Assembly (NCBI GenBank): GCA_964016885.1
Contig: OZ024745.1
Coordinates: forward strand, 95,418,001 to 95,482,000
Source: Eledone cirrhosa
Taxonomy: Eukaryota
DNA: 64,000 bases
Direction of reading: 5' to 3'
The notes beneath the pieces were generated by a model. It had not been told where the DNA came from and searched no databases. It saw only the letters and a list, made by a program, of their open reading frames with translations. Positions 52,140 through 63,871 of this stretch are shown here, one piece after another (position 1 is the first letter of the stretch; the number at the start of each line of letters is the position of its first letter). The translations under genes were made by a program, and so were the position numbers.

Positions 52140-55050
52140 CCATCATCATCAGCATCATTTTACGTCCGCTTTTCCCCGCTTGCAAAGGTGGGATGGGTCT
52201 TATTCAGCACAGCATCTCTCCACTTGTCACGGTCCTTCGTCATCTCTACCGTGAGCTTCAGCGATCTGAGGTCTGTTCTCACCACCTCCGCTCATGTTTT
52301 TCGTGGTCTACCACTACCACGTCTTCCATCAACTGGCATTTCCTTGCACTTCTTCACCCATCGGTCATCCTCCATGCGCATCACATGTCCATACCACCTC
52401 AGTCTCCTCTCTCGCACACTACTTTCTATCCCTCTCAGACAGTTTCTCTCTCAACACATTCATGCTGGGTCGTTCACGCACATTGACATTGCACATCCAA
52501 CGGAGCATGCTTGCCTCATTTCTCTCCAGCCGTCGCATATCCTCTGCAGTTGCTGCCCATGTCTCACTACCATGCAGCATCACGCTCCTCACACAGGCAT
52601 CATATAACTGGCATTTCGTACGTAGGGAGAAACCCTTCTTCGTCAGCAGAGGAAGCAGCTCCCTAAACTTCTTCCAACCCGTCCTTATTCTAGATACTAT
52701 GGCCTCGGAACATCCCCCTCCCATACTAATCTGATCTGCTAGGTACCGGAAGCTATCCACCACTTCTATAGCACCCGCCTGCATTTGAAAAATGTGTCTG
52801 TCAATGCGACTTCTACTGTCTAATTTCCCTGTACATCTACTGCATACGTACTTCTCCCTATCTGTTCGTTTGCCTGCTATCCCAGTACATCTCTTGTGTA
52901 CCCAGGATCTGCATTGTGTATATTTTATAGAATTTATGCCAGTTCCATTTCTGCATATCGAACATGGCCATTTCCCTGACGGAATCAGAGTTTTGTCCTC
53001 TTTTCTACTCATCAACACTTTTGTCTTAGCTAGGTTCACTCTCAGTCCTCTTGCTTCCAACTGCTGTTTCTTAGTCAGAATTTATTCTCTAGCTCATCTA
53101 CTGATTCTGCTATAAGAACCAGATCGTCAGCATAGAGAAGTTCCCATGGACAGCCAGTCTTAAACTCCTGTTATGGCTTGGAGGACTATAATGAACAAGA
53201 GCGGGCTGAGGACCGAACCTTGATGTACTCCTCCTTGTATCTGGAATTCCTCACTAAACTCCATTCCTACACAGACTTTAGTGACAGCACCACTGTACAA
53301 AGTTTGCACTGTCCTCACAAGCTATTCCTCAACACCTAGTTTCCTTAGGGACTACCAGATGACAGATCGGGATACCCTATCAAAGGCCTTCTCTAGGTCA
53401 ACAAAGGCTAAGTATAGTGGCTTATTCTTCTCTAAGAACCTCTCTTGTAATTGTCTCACCAAGAAGAGGGCATCTGTTGTACTTTTCCCAGGCACAAAAC
53501 CAAACTGCATCTCATCTAGTTTGACCCTTTCTCTAATTAGTTGTGCTAATATCCTTTCTGCCACTTTCATAACCTGATCCATCAGTTTTATACCCCTATA
53601 ATAGTCTTTTGTCTCTAATGGCCCTATCTACCATGCTGTTCTACCACCAGGTCACTCTCTGTCTGGTTGGAGCTCTGCTCCAGCAACAAGTTTCATCAGT
53701 AGCCTGCAGTAAGTTGTCACGTAAGAAATTCCAGTAATGACATTTCCAGGCTTCCCTTTTCTGAACATTCGTGACACTAAGTATACTGGCATCATTCCGG
53801 ACACATTTATCTCCAACAATATCCTGATTTGCATTGACACACTGCAATGTGGAACACCGCACACCTCTGATCTTCCCGTCACAGAACATTGGCAAACCTC
53901 CTACTCTCAGCCTCGCTGCATGCTAAGTACACCTGACATCTAGCTTCTCTCTTAGCGGCTGTATATCCTTCTCTATTCCCACCCTTTTTCCAAGCCTTCC
54001 ATGCTAGTCTTTTGTCTCTAATAGCCTTATCTACTGTGCTGTTCCATCACCAGGTCACTATCTGTCTGGTAGGAGCTCTGTTCCAGCCACAAGTTTCATC
54101 AGTAGCCTGCAGTAAGTTGTCACATAAGAAATTCCAGTTATTATGTATGTCATACGTTTCTAAATCGTCTTCTTTTTCGTCATACACATCTTGAAGGGCT
54201 TTCCTAAATTTGTATTTTAGTGAAAGGTCTTTTAGCTTCCAGTCTTTTTTCTTCTCCACACCTTCCTGTATGTTTCATTCCATCTCTTGCTTACTGAGAT
54301 ATCACTAACGACTAACCTATGCTGTGTGGTACATTCTTCCCAAGGGTATGCCTTGGTATTTGACACCATCTGCCTGTCCCGCTGCCTAACTAGTAAGAAG
54401 TCAATCTGGCTTATGTGCTCGCTTGATTTGTAGGTTATTAGGTGGTTGGCAGGTTTCTGGAAGTTAGTGTTGTAAATAGTCAGTGTACTTGCATCACAAA
54501 ATTCAAGAAGTCTCACTCCTTCTTCATTTCTTGAGCCGTAATCGTGCTCACCATGTACCCCAGTGTAACCATCCTGGACCTGTCCAACATGACCATTGAA
54601 GTCCCCTGCTAGCATAACGATGTCTCCATCCTCTGTCATTGCGGTTGTTTGTGAAAGTTGCTCGTAAAAGCAGTCTTTCTCTTCTTTGCCTAGGCCTGCT
54701 TGGGGAGCATAGGCAGAGATGATTGTCAGTAGTCTCCTGCATATAACTAATCTAAGCTTAATTATTCAATTACTGACTCAAACTACCTCTATTGTCTTAT
54801 TGATCCATCTCTCAGCCAGGAAAATGCCTATTCCCCCTAACCCATCATCCTTACCTACCCAGAAAAGCTTATAGCTAAGATGTTTGTCTGCGACTAGTCT
54901 CGCAGAGGCATCTCTCCATCTCGCCTCTTGCATGCAGCACACATCCACATGCCTTCTCTCCAGCATCTCCGCTATTTCAGCAAATCTACCTGTGAGAGTG
55001 CCAACATTAAGTGTTGCAACTCTGAGATGCGACGTCTTCATATTTTTGTT
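52140..55050 (-). mobile_element. RTE-clade LINE, near full-length ORF but broken (APE endonuclease, RT, PHD-like insert)
   Basis: LRVATLNVGTLTGR..VDVCCMQEARW, GDFNGHVG, QIDFLL, QFGFVPGKSTTDALF, AFVDLEKAFDRV, LLYADD; (GAT)n tail; frameshifts and an internal rearrangement. Confidence 0.95.
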
Positions 55051-55254
55051 GTTCCTATATACTTGTTGCTGTGCTTATAATCGTTTTGGCATTGATACAC
55101 TGGTTGGATGCCCTTCCTAACACCAGCGCCCCTTTACAGCATGGACTGGGTGCTTTTATTTGTGCCACCAGCACTAGAGAGGATGTCTTACTGGATTCAT
55201 GGGCCCTCTCTACCCCTCCATTTTACAGCATGGTAAAAAAAAAACACTTATTGA

Positions 55255-55412
55255 CACACACTCACTCACACACCAACACTCATGCATACAAACACACACT
55301 CACTCACACACCAACACTCATGCATACAAACACACACTCACTCACACACCAACACTCATGCATACAAACACACACGCCACTCACACACCAACACTCATGC
55401 ATACAAACACAC

Positions 55413-55420
<8 letters not shown>
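55255..55420. repeat. ~38-bp CA-rich tandem repeat, about 4 copies
   Basis: cactcacacaccaacactcatgcatacaaacacacact. Confidence 0.85.
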
Positions 55421-55464
<44 letters not shown>

Positions 55465-56145
55465 CCATCAGTACTGATACAAAATCAAAATCACGTCAAC
55501 TGTTGACTTTTTCAGTTCAGTTTTTATATAATAATAATAATTGTTTGCTTTACAGCAAATAGCAACGGCTCTCCACTCTCCGGGCCCCCAAAATAAGGCA
55601 CCAGCAATACGCTGGGACAATCGCTGCCCCGTGCCAACAACAGAATAGTTATTTAGTATTATAGTTGTTTTTAAGGCCTGATCGTTGGTGATGGTGGTGG
55701 TGGATGGTGGCAGTGATGGTGATGGTGGTGGTGGATGGTGTCAGTGATGGTGGTGGCAGTTGGTGTTGTTGCTGCTGCAGACAATGGTGTTGTTGCTGTT
55801 GTTGTAGTCGCTGGGTTGAAATTTTGAAATTTGTTCGCTTCGCGTGTGTGACATATACACATACATATACATACATACACATATATATATATACATACAC
55901 ACACATTCAACACAGACAATGGTGTTGTTACTGTTGTTGTTGTTTCTGTCGCTGTTGTTGTAGTTGTTGTTGCTGTGTTGAAATCTGGTCGCAAAAACTG
56001 AGATATATATATATATACATACATTTATACACACACGTACATATATATATATACGCACACATCCAACAAAATAAAACATTAATTGATGGCTGCAGGAATA
56101 TTCATCTTTAATAATCAAACTTACTATACACACATATATATATAT

Positions 56146-57888
56146 ATGAGAGAATTGATCTAGATGAAATGCAGTTCGGGTTTGTGTCAGGCAAAAGTAC
56201 CACAGACGCTCTTTTCATTGTACGACAGCTACAGGAGAAGTACCTAGCTAAAAGTAAACCCCTATACTTAGCTTTTGTCGACTTGGAGAAAGCCTTCGAC
56301 AGAGTCCCCCGTTCCATTATCTGGTGGGCTCTTAGAAAACTAGGTGTTGACGAATGGCTTGTGAGAGCTATACAAGCCATGTATAAAGAAACAGTCAGCA
56401 AGGTTAGAATTAACAACGAATATAGTGAAGAGTTTAGCGTAAAAGTTGGCGTCCATCAGGGCTCTGTTCTCAGCCCCCTACTATTTATTATTGCCCTTCA
56501 GGCTATAACAGAGGAGTTCAAGACCGGCTGCCCATGGGAACTCCTATACGCAGATGACCTAACACTCATAGCTGAATCAATGGCCGAGCTAGAGAAGAAA
56601 TTCCAAACATGGAAGCACGGCCTAGAATCAAAAGGCCTTAAAATTAACCTGGCTAAGACTAAAGTTCTAGTTTGTAAGAAAGAAAATAAGGCGGCGGCCC
56701 CTTCCGGGAAGTGGCCATGCTCAGTGTGTAGGAAAGGCATAGGTAGAAACTCCATTTTCTGTCCCAAATGCAAAGTATGGGTGCATAAAAGATGTAGTGG
56801 GATCACAGGTAAGCTAACTAAGAACATAGATTTTACATGTGGCCGGTGCTCTGGTGCAATAAGTAGCAGCAAGTGCCCACAAAATACTAGCTCTTTCAAC
56901 TGCGCAGAGGGTTCTATAGGAATAGTGGACAGCTTCCGTTACCTGGGTGACAAAATCAGCAGTGGGGGAGGGTGCTCTGAAAGTACAGTCAGAACTGGAT
57001 GGAAAAAGTTCAGAGAGCTTATACCACTATTAGCCGCTAAAGGGTTCTCCCTAAAAATGAAAGGCAGGTTGTATGATGCCTGCATACGAACAGCAATGTT
57101 GCATGGCAGTGAGACCTGGGCATTGTGTGCAGAGGATATACGCAGACTAGAGAGGAACGAAGCTTGCATGCTCCGCTGGATGTGTAATAGTAATATACGT
57201 GAACGGCAAAGCATAAACGAACTAAGGAAAAAATTAGAAATAAGAGGGATCAGATGTTGTTTACTCGAGAGAAGGCTACGTTGGTATGGTCACGTGATGC
57301 GCATGAAAGACGATAGCTGTATAACAAAGTGCAGGGCAATAAAGATAGACGGTAGCCACGGAGTAGGCAGACCCAGAAAAACCTGGGACGAGCTGATAAA
57401 TTCCGACCTCACACACTTACACCTCTCCAAGACAATGTCACTGGACAGAGACCTTTGGCGGTACTCAGTAATAGAGAAGACCCGCCTTACCTAAATACAA
57501 AGTAAAACCTACTACAGTCAGTAGGCATCTCTAACAAAATACACCCCCGTCCCACTACGCCCACCCCATCCACACCGCCCCTTTCAATGTAAAGTTATGT
57601 TGGTGCCACAACATCCAGGCCGAAACAAATGAGATCGTGTAGGTGTCACGACAAAAAAACACACAGTCCACGCTGTAATGTGGCCGTGTAGGCAACACGG
57701 TAAAAACCTCCCAGCCCCACACTGTAAATGTGGTTGGTGTTAGGAAGGGCATCCAGCTGTAGAAAGTCCTATGCGAGCAAGACAATCACTCTTGCCTCAA
57801 GTGGGAAAACCCCCGTCCAAACCCATGCAAGCGTGGAACACGGACGTTAAACGTTGATGTTGATGATGATGATGATGATGATGATGAT
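56146..57888 (+). mobile_element. 5'-truncated RTE LINE with uninterrupted RT ORF (56169-57494)
   Basis: 441-aa ORF with QFGF, DLEKAFD, GVHQGSVLSPLLF, YADD, C4HC3 insert and YLG; 3'UTR ending in (GAT)n; inserted in a TA tract. Confidence 0.95.
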
Positions 57889-57957
57889 ACATATATATAT
57901 ATACATACATACCCATGCTAACATGGAAGATAGACTTTAAACATTGATGATGATGAT

Positions 57958-57997
<40 letters not shown>

Positions 57998-58054
57998 TAG
58001 ACGGAATAGAAAATGCTGACAAATTGTTCACAGTTGAAAAATGGTTTAATTAGG

Positions 58055-58324
58055 AATAAAAGAGTATTAGTGATTGTATGGGTTAGTATTCAGTTGTGGT
58101 TTTAAGTTTTTAAGTTTTTACCGGTTGCGCATTTCTAAATGCTTTTCAAAAATAATTTTGAGATAGAGTGTCCGTGCTGTTTGCTCTGATCAGAGCAAAC
58201 AGCACGGACACTCTATCTCAAAATTATTTTTGAAAAGCATTTAGAAATGCGCAACCGGTAAAAACTTAAAAACTTAAAACCACAACTGAATACTAACCCA
58301 TACAATCACTAATACTCTTTTATT
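58055..58324. repeat. Perfect 270-bp palindrome (2 x 135 bp, no spacer)
   Basis: Centre tga|tca at 58189/58190; arms read as exact reverse complements. Confidence 0.95.
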
Positions 58325-60799
58325 TAGAAATATTATAGAACAGTATAGCAAGAAGCATAATAGAATAGAGGCCCAGCAACTGGGAGAAGAATCTGCAAAT
58401 GGCTTGCGTAAGCTCATGCAGCGCTCGCGTAATGGAGAGATAGCATGTTTTCCAACAGACAAGTCTGGCAGAATGTCGGTTGACAGCCTGCCAAACTACA
58501 TCCAGGCAATGCAACCCCACATCACTAACACAAGAGAGGTAACACCACAGGAGCATGAGGATAGAGAAAAAGCCCTCAATGCCCATATGGTGATGTGGAC
58601 AAATATAATGCAGCCCAACAAAAGGACTGCCAACAACTTCCAGGCCTGGAACAATGACGTGCCGGCGTTGTATGGGCTTCGAAAAGACCATAAAACGGGC
58701 TGGGACCCTGTCACGGGACCACCAACACGACCAGTCTGTGGGGCTAACATTGCTAGTAACTACAGACTGTCCTACTTCCTCTCCCTGATCATACGCCCCA
58801 TCATTGAGATGTCCCCAGATGTGTGTGACAGCACGGAGGACCTCCTCAGCAGAATCGGCGTGGGTAACCGATCCGGGGACCTAACAAACTGCATATTAGG
58901 CAGTATGGATGTTGTGTCCCTGTATCCATCTATTGACGTGGATTTTGCTGTGGAGAAATGCGTAGAAATGATCAGCGAGAGCAAGGTTGAGTTCCGTGGG
59001 ACTGATACCAGTGAGCTGGGACTTCTACTTAAGCTTACCCATAGTAATAGTTACCTAGACACTTATGACCTTAGCAACCTGTGCCCTACAAGACCAGCAA
59101 GAGGCAGACCACCTACCATTACCTCAATGGCCAAGAAAACCCACACAGATAGATGGAACGGGTGGACCAGAGCCATACGGACACCCGAAAATCACGATGA
59201 ACTGAAGAAAATGATTGCACATGCGGTAGGGGCCAGCATAAAATTAACCCTTAAGGAACATATGTTCAAATTTAATGGTAAAACATATGCCCAAGAGGAA
59301 GGAGCAGCCATTGGTGTTAGCATTGCAGGCGACATAGCTAACTTATTCATGGTATGGTGGGACAGTAGACTTAAACAAAAACTTAATGAACAATTAGAAG
59401 ACAGCTTAACCCTGATAATGTACTCCCGCTACGTAGATGATATAAACATCGTAGTTAAGACACCCCCACTAAAGAACAGTCAGGAACTAGAGAAAAACAG
59501 CAAATAGCAAACTCCATCCACCAGAGCATTAGAGTTACTATAGACTACCCAAGTAGACACCCCAACCATCGATTACTTGTACTAGACACAGAGCTCTGGT
59601 TAGATACCATTAACAACCAAAAACAAATCCTCCATTCCCATTATGCCAAACCCATGACTTCCAAACATCTGATCCACCGAAACTCGGCCATTTCGGACCA
59701 TACCAAAATCAACATACTGATTGCGGATTTGGTACGGGTGATGAGAAATGTGTCCCGCATGTGCAACCCCGAAGAACTAGAGAGACACATACAACACTTC
59801 ATCCACCGTATGCAGTTCTCTGGCTACAATCAGAGAGATAGAATCAGAGTGTATAAAGGAGCCAGAACCAAATGGGAAAAAATGGTAAATAATGACATAA
59901 ATGGGACCTGCCCCTTGTATAGGAGCAAATTTTGGAATAGAATAGAAAGAACTAGGAACAAGGCCAATAGAATAAACTCATGGTATGATAGCAATAAATA
60001 CCAGAGTGTAATGTTCATCAATACAACCCCTAGAGGCGAACTAGCCTACAAATTTAGAAAGGCCCTAAATAAACATAATCTCAATATTAAGATAGTAGAA
60101 AGACCTGGTACCTCCGTAAAAACACTTATTAGCAAGACATACCCGTTCCAAAGACCCTCATGTATAGATAAGAAATGTATAACCTGTAAAATAAGCCCCC
60201 ATATTAACTGTAAAACTAGAAATGTAGTATATAGCATAAGATGTACTGAAGGACAATGTAGAAACAAAAATATAGTGTACATAGGTGAGACAGCTCGTAG
60301 TATAGGGGAACGAATAAATGAACACTGGCGAGACCTCCAAGATAATAAAGAATCATCTGTGCTCTACCAACATGCTAAGATAGAACACAGGGGTAGATTA
60401 GAGAGCATAGAAATAAAAATAGAATCCACGCACAGAAAAGACGCAATGTTTAGGCAAATTACAGAGGCAGTAAGCATAAAAGAATTAAAACCAAAATTAA
60501 ATAGAAAATATGAGTGGAACAGCAACATCACAACTTACAATTAAGGACAAAATGAAAACACACACACACATAGAACAAACAACTTACAATTGAAAACACA
60601 CACAAAATGAAAACACACACACACATAGAACAAACAACCAACCAACAATAAATAAATAAACAAATAGAAAAATGAACACAAACACACACAGACACCCGGA
60701 TGTGGCACATGTGCAAACTGAACACACAACACACACACAGAAACAAAATGGCGTAGGATAGAAGAAAGAAAAGGCACAGAAACGAAGAAAGGAATCCCC

Positions 60800-60844
60800 A
60801 GTCACTGAAGAGGTCACAGAGTGTGTGACGAAAGGACTATGACT
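60800..60844 (+). ncRNA. Type I hammerhead ribozyme in the Penelope 3' pLTR
   Basis: agtca CTGAAGA g gtcaca-gagtg-tgtgac GAAA ggac TA tgact; minimal stem III. Confidence 0.8.
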
Positions 60845-61540
60845 ATATATATAAACAACTATCTGGTTGTGGAACCAACCAACCAACCAGAAATTTATAA
60901 TTTATAAGTTTGTAGATTTGTAAATTTATGAATTTATAAATATATAATAAATTGAAGTGAAAGCAACTGGTGCGTGTGTTTCTTATTGGCAACATGACCC
61001 TCCCAAAGTATAACAATATATATATATATATATATATACATACATACACATACACCCACACATGCATTCAAAATACAATATGAATATAAATTTGCTTGTA
61101 AATTAATTTGTACTTCATGTTGCAAATTAATTAGTTAGTTTTTTTTTTATTTCTTTGGGAATTTATGTAATAGTTTCTGATGTAATATGGCAACAACAAC
61201 AACAACAACATTTTTAATATTTATCTTTCCCTAAATAAAACTTCCTTCTAAAGACATGAATGAAACAATTTTATAATCATTATTTAACAATTTATGAGTT
61301 AGAGAGAATTTAAAATATTACATATGAATAAGCTATATGGTATGTTTATCTAAATAGGTGTGTGGCTACTACAGGCTTAATGGAAAACTCTTGGCAAGCT
61401 TAGTTGAAATTGCATATTTGTATCTGAGCTGAATCATTTCCCTTCCCAACTGTAGTGAATAGATTTGAGAAAAGGATATGTTCTCCCATGTTGTCTTTCT
61501 ATTGACACTCTACATGGAAACAAAAACAAAGGTCACCATT

Positions 61541-61768
61541 TTAACCCTTTAGTATTTACATTACTCTATATTTACTATTGTATTTTCACAGTAAAGGCTT
61601 CACCTCACATAATTATCTCACATAATATTGAATCTATGAGATTTTGATATTATTTATTTTGAGAGTAATACCCTAACATCATTGAGTGACCGGTTACAGC
61701 CAATTTAGACAGAAAGAGGTGAGAGAATTCTTCCCGGATATGGCCGATTTAAATGCTAAAGGCTGTTA
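61541..61768. mobile_element. piggyBac-like MITE
   Basis: ttaaccctttagtattta ... taaatgctaaagg. Confidence 0.7.
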
Positions 61769-61879
61769 AACTTTTCATTAGATACTTGAATAGAGTTTCA
61801 ATTGACAGAGTTGTACTTTCAACCTAAAAATCCAATATTTCACATCTGAATACTGACTAGTTCAATGTTCATAGGTTAT

Positions 61880-62185
61880 TATTATCATCATATTTACGCC
61901 CATTTTTCCACGCTTGCATGTATTGGATGGGTCCTTATCAACACAGCATCTCTCCACTCATCATGTTCATTTATCATCTCTGTGAGTCGCAGCAATTTGA
62001 GATCAGTTCTCACAACCTCTATCCAGGTCTTCCTTGGTCTACCTTCCTTCCACTGGGATTTTCTGGCACTTCTTCACCCAATGATCATCATCCATGTCCG
62101 TATCAACACAGTCTTCTCTCTAGCACATTACTCCAGATTCTTCTTAAACCCAGTTTCCCCCTCAGTTCATCCAAGCTCTACTCAC
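61880..62185 (-). mobile_element. Decayed RTE 3' fragment
   Basis: Similar to 52150-52450. Confidence 0.7.
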
Positions 62186-62214
62186 AGACATGATACAGTT
62201 AAGATTTACACAAT

Positions 62215-62557
62215 GGAGGCACATGGCTTAGTGGTTAGAGCATTGGCCTTGCAATCGAAAGGTTGTGAGTTCAATTCTCAGACCAGGTGATGTGTTGTTT
62301 CCTTGAACAAGACACTTTATTTCACATTGCTCCAGTTTACTCAGCTGTAGAAATGAGATGATAGGGACTGGGGTGCCTATCATTCCACTGCAAAGTGGTC
62401 GTTAGGTGCCACGGCAAAAAAGCACCCAGCACTCACTGTAAATGAGGTTGGTGTTAGGAAGGGCATCCAGCTGTAGAAATCAAGCCAGAATCAGTTCCCG
62501 TCCCACCCTTGCAAGCAGGGAAAAAGCAGACGTAAAATGAAATGATGATGATGATGA
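62215..62557 (+). mobile_element. Young CORE-type SINE with RTE-derived tail
   Basis: tRNA head, CORE-like ccttgaacaagacact, tail ...cccacccttgcaagcagggaaaaagcagacgtaaaatg(atg)n. Confidence 0.9.
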
Positions 62558-63095
62558 CATACTGGGAATTATGCCAATATTATGAAGTATCAACCGAAAA
62601 AAGCTGGTGCAAACACACACCAGGAAAGGTGTCAAAGAATGACAACACTCTGAAATATGCCAATACACACGGGCAGGGAGATCAAAGCCAACTGACTGTA
62701 TATTATAGTCAAAGAGCAAAAAGAAAAAAAAATCTTCTAATTTATGTGTCAATCTTCACAAATGACAATATATCTACCAAGGAAATGGAGAAACTATTCA
62801 AATATAAATATAACCTGTATGTGGATGATGAAAACTGAAACAATACATATAATAATAGGTACTCTGTGAATGATAAATAAAACCCACATAAGCACATAAC
62901 CAAAACCTCCAGACTTACAGTTATATACAGCATACCAAAAATAGCACTACTAAGCACTGTACGCATATAAGGAATTGGACCCTCTAGTCAACAGAAACAA
63001 CACAACCAAAATCCACGCAACACATACCCAAGGTGCACAGAACTGTGCTTAGTAATGCAGTGACCACACACAATAAAAATAAGAGTAACAATACT
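62558..63095 (+). mobile_element. R4/Dong-like non-LTR 3' fragment
   Basis: YWELCQYYEVSTEKSWCKHTPGKVSKND..; homologous to 38880-39600. Confidence 0.7.
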
Positions 63096-63099
63096 ATTA

Positions 63100-63320
63100 T
63101 TAATAATTGTTTCTACTTTTTGGACAGGGTCAGTAATTTGAAGAGATAATAAAGTCAATTAAATCAGCCCTACTTCATTACTGATACTATACTTTATTTT
63201 AATGACCCCCTTAAGGATGAAAGGCAAAGCTAACCTCAGCAGGATTGGAACTCAGAATGTAAAGATCCAGGAAAAATTATGCCAAGCATTTGTCGGATGC
63301 TTTAATGACTCTGCCAAACC
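63100..63320 (-). mobile_element. SINE family A variant
   Basis: aaggatgaaaggcaaagctaacctcagcaggattggaactcag. Confidence 0.75.
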
Positions 63321-63833
63321 ACCACCACCACCACCACCACCACCACAACAACCACAATAGTAATCACAACAACAAAAGGTATGTAAGTGCATATAAAAGA
63401 TCTAACCTGAGAAATAGTTATGTAAAAATTGTTTCCTGTTTACATGAGATTAATTAATTGTACCTACAGTGCATTAGCCAACAGGACATCTATACTACCT
63501 ATATGCTTTCCAGGTACAAGCTGCAGCAAACATAATTTGGTCGTCCTTTATGCAATGATATAATGTTGGCAAGCGAATCTCGGAGTATGCCAATTCTGAG
63601 ATGTAATTGAAATCATTACAAATGTTTCCTTCTATCTCTCTTTCTCTCTCATTACATTTTTTCTTTTATAAATAATATGGGTACATGTATGTGTCTATGT
63701 GCATGGAAATGTGTGTGGGTATACATATATATATGTGTGTGTGTGTGTGTGCATATATATATAAGTGTGCATTTATAAATAGATATACATGTATCGTCAT
63801 TGTTTAACGTTCATTTTCCATGCTAGCATGGGT

Positions 63834-63871
<38 letters not shown>

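Larger units (their letters stand above)
58055..61017 (+). mobile_element. Penelope-like retroelement (Nematis-like), one frameshift near 59500
   Basis: DKSG, LYGLRKDHK, TRPVCGA, SMDVVSLYPSI, AIGVSIAGDIANLFMVWWD, YSRYVDD, Cys-rich linker, and GIY-YIG VVYSIRC..VYIGETARSIGERINEH..RQITEAVSI..LNRK; ORF parts 58328-59500 and 59500-60544. Confidence 0.93.

Noticed and set aside
55649-56133. Poly-Q/H/C/T ORFs
   Set aside because: Degenerate (TGG)/(TGT) trinucleotide repeats with a small local duplication.
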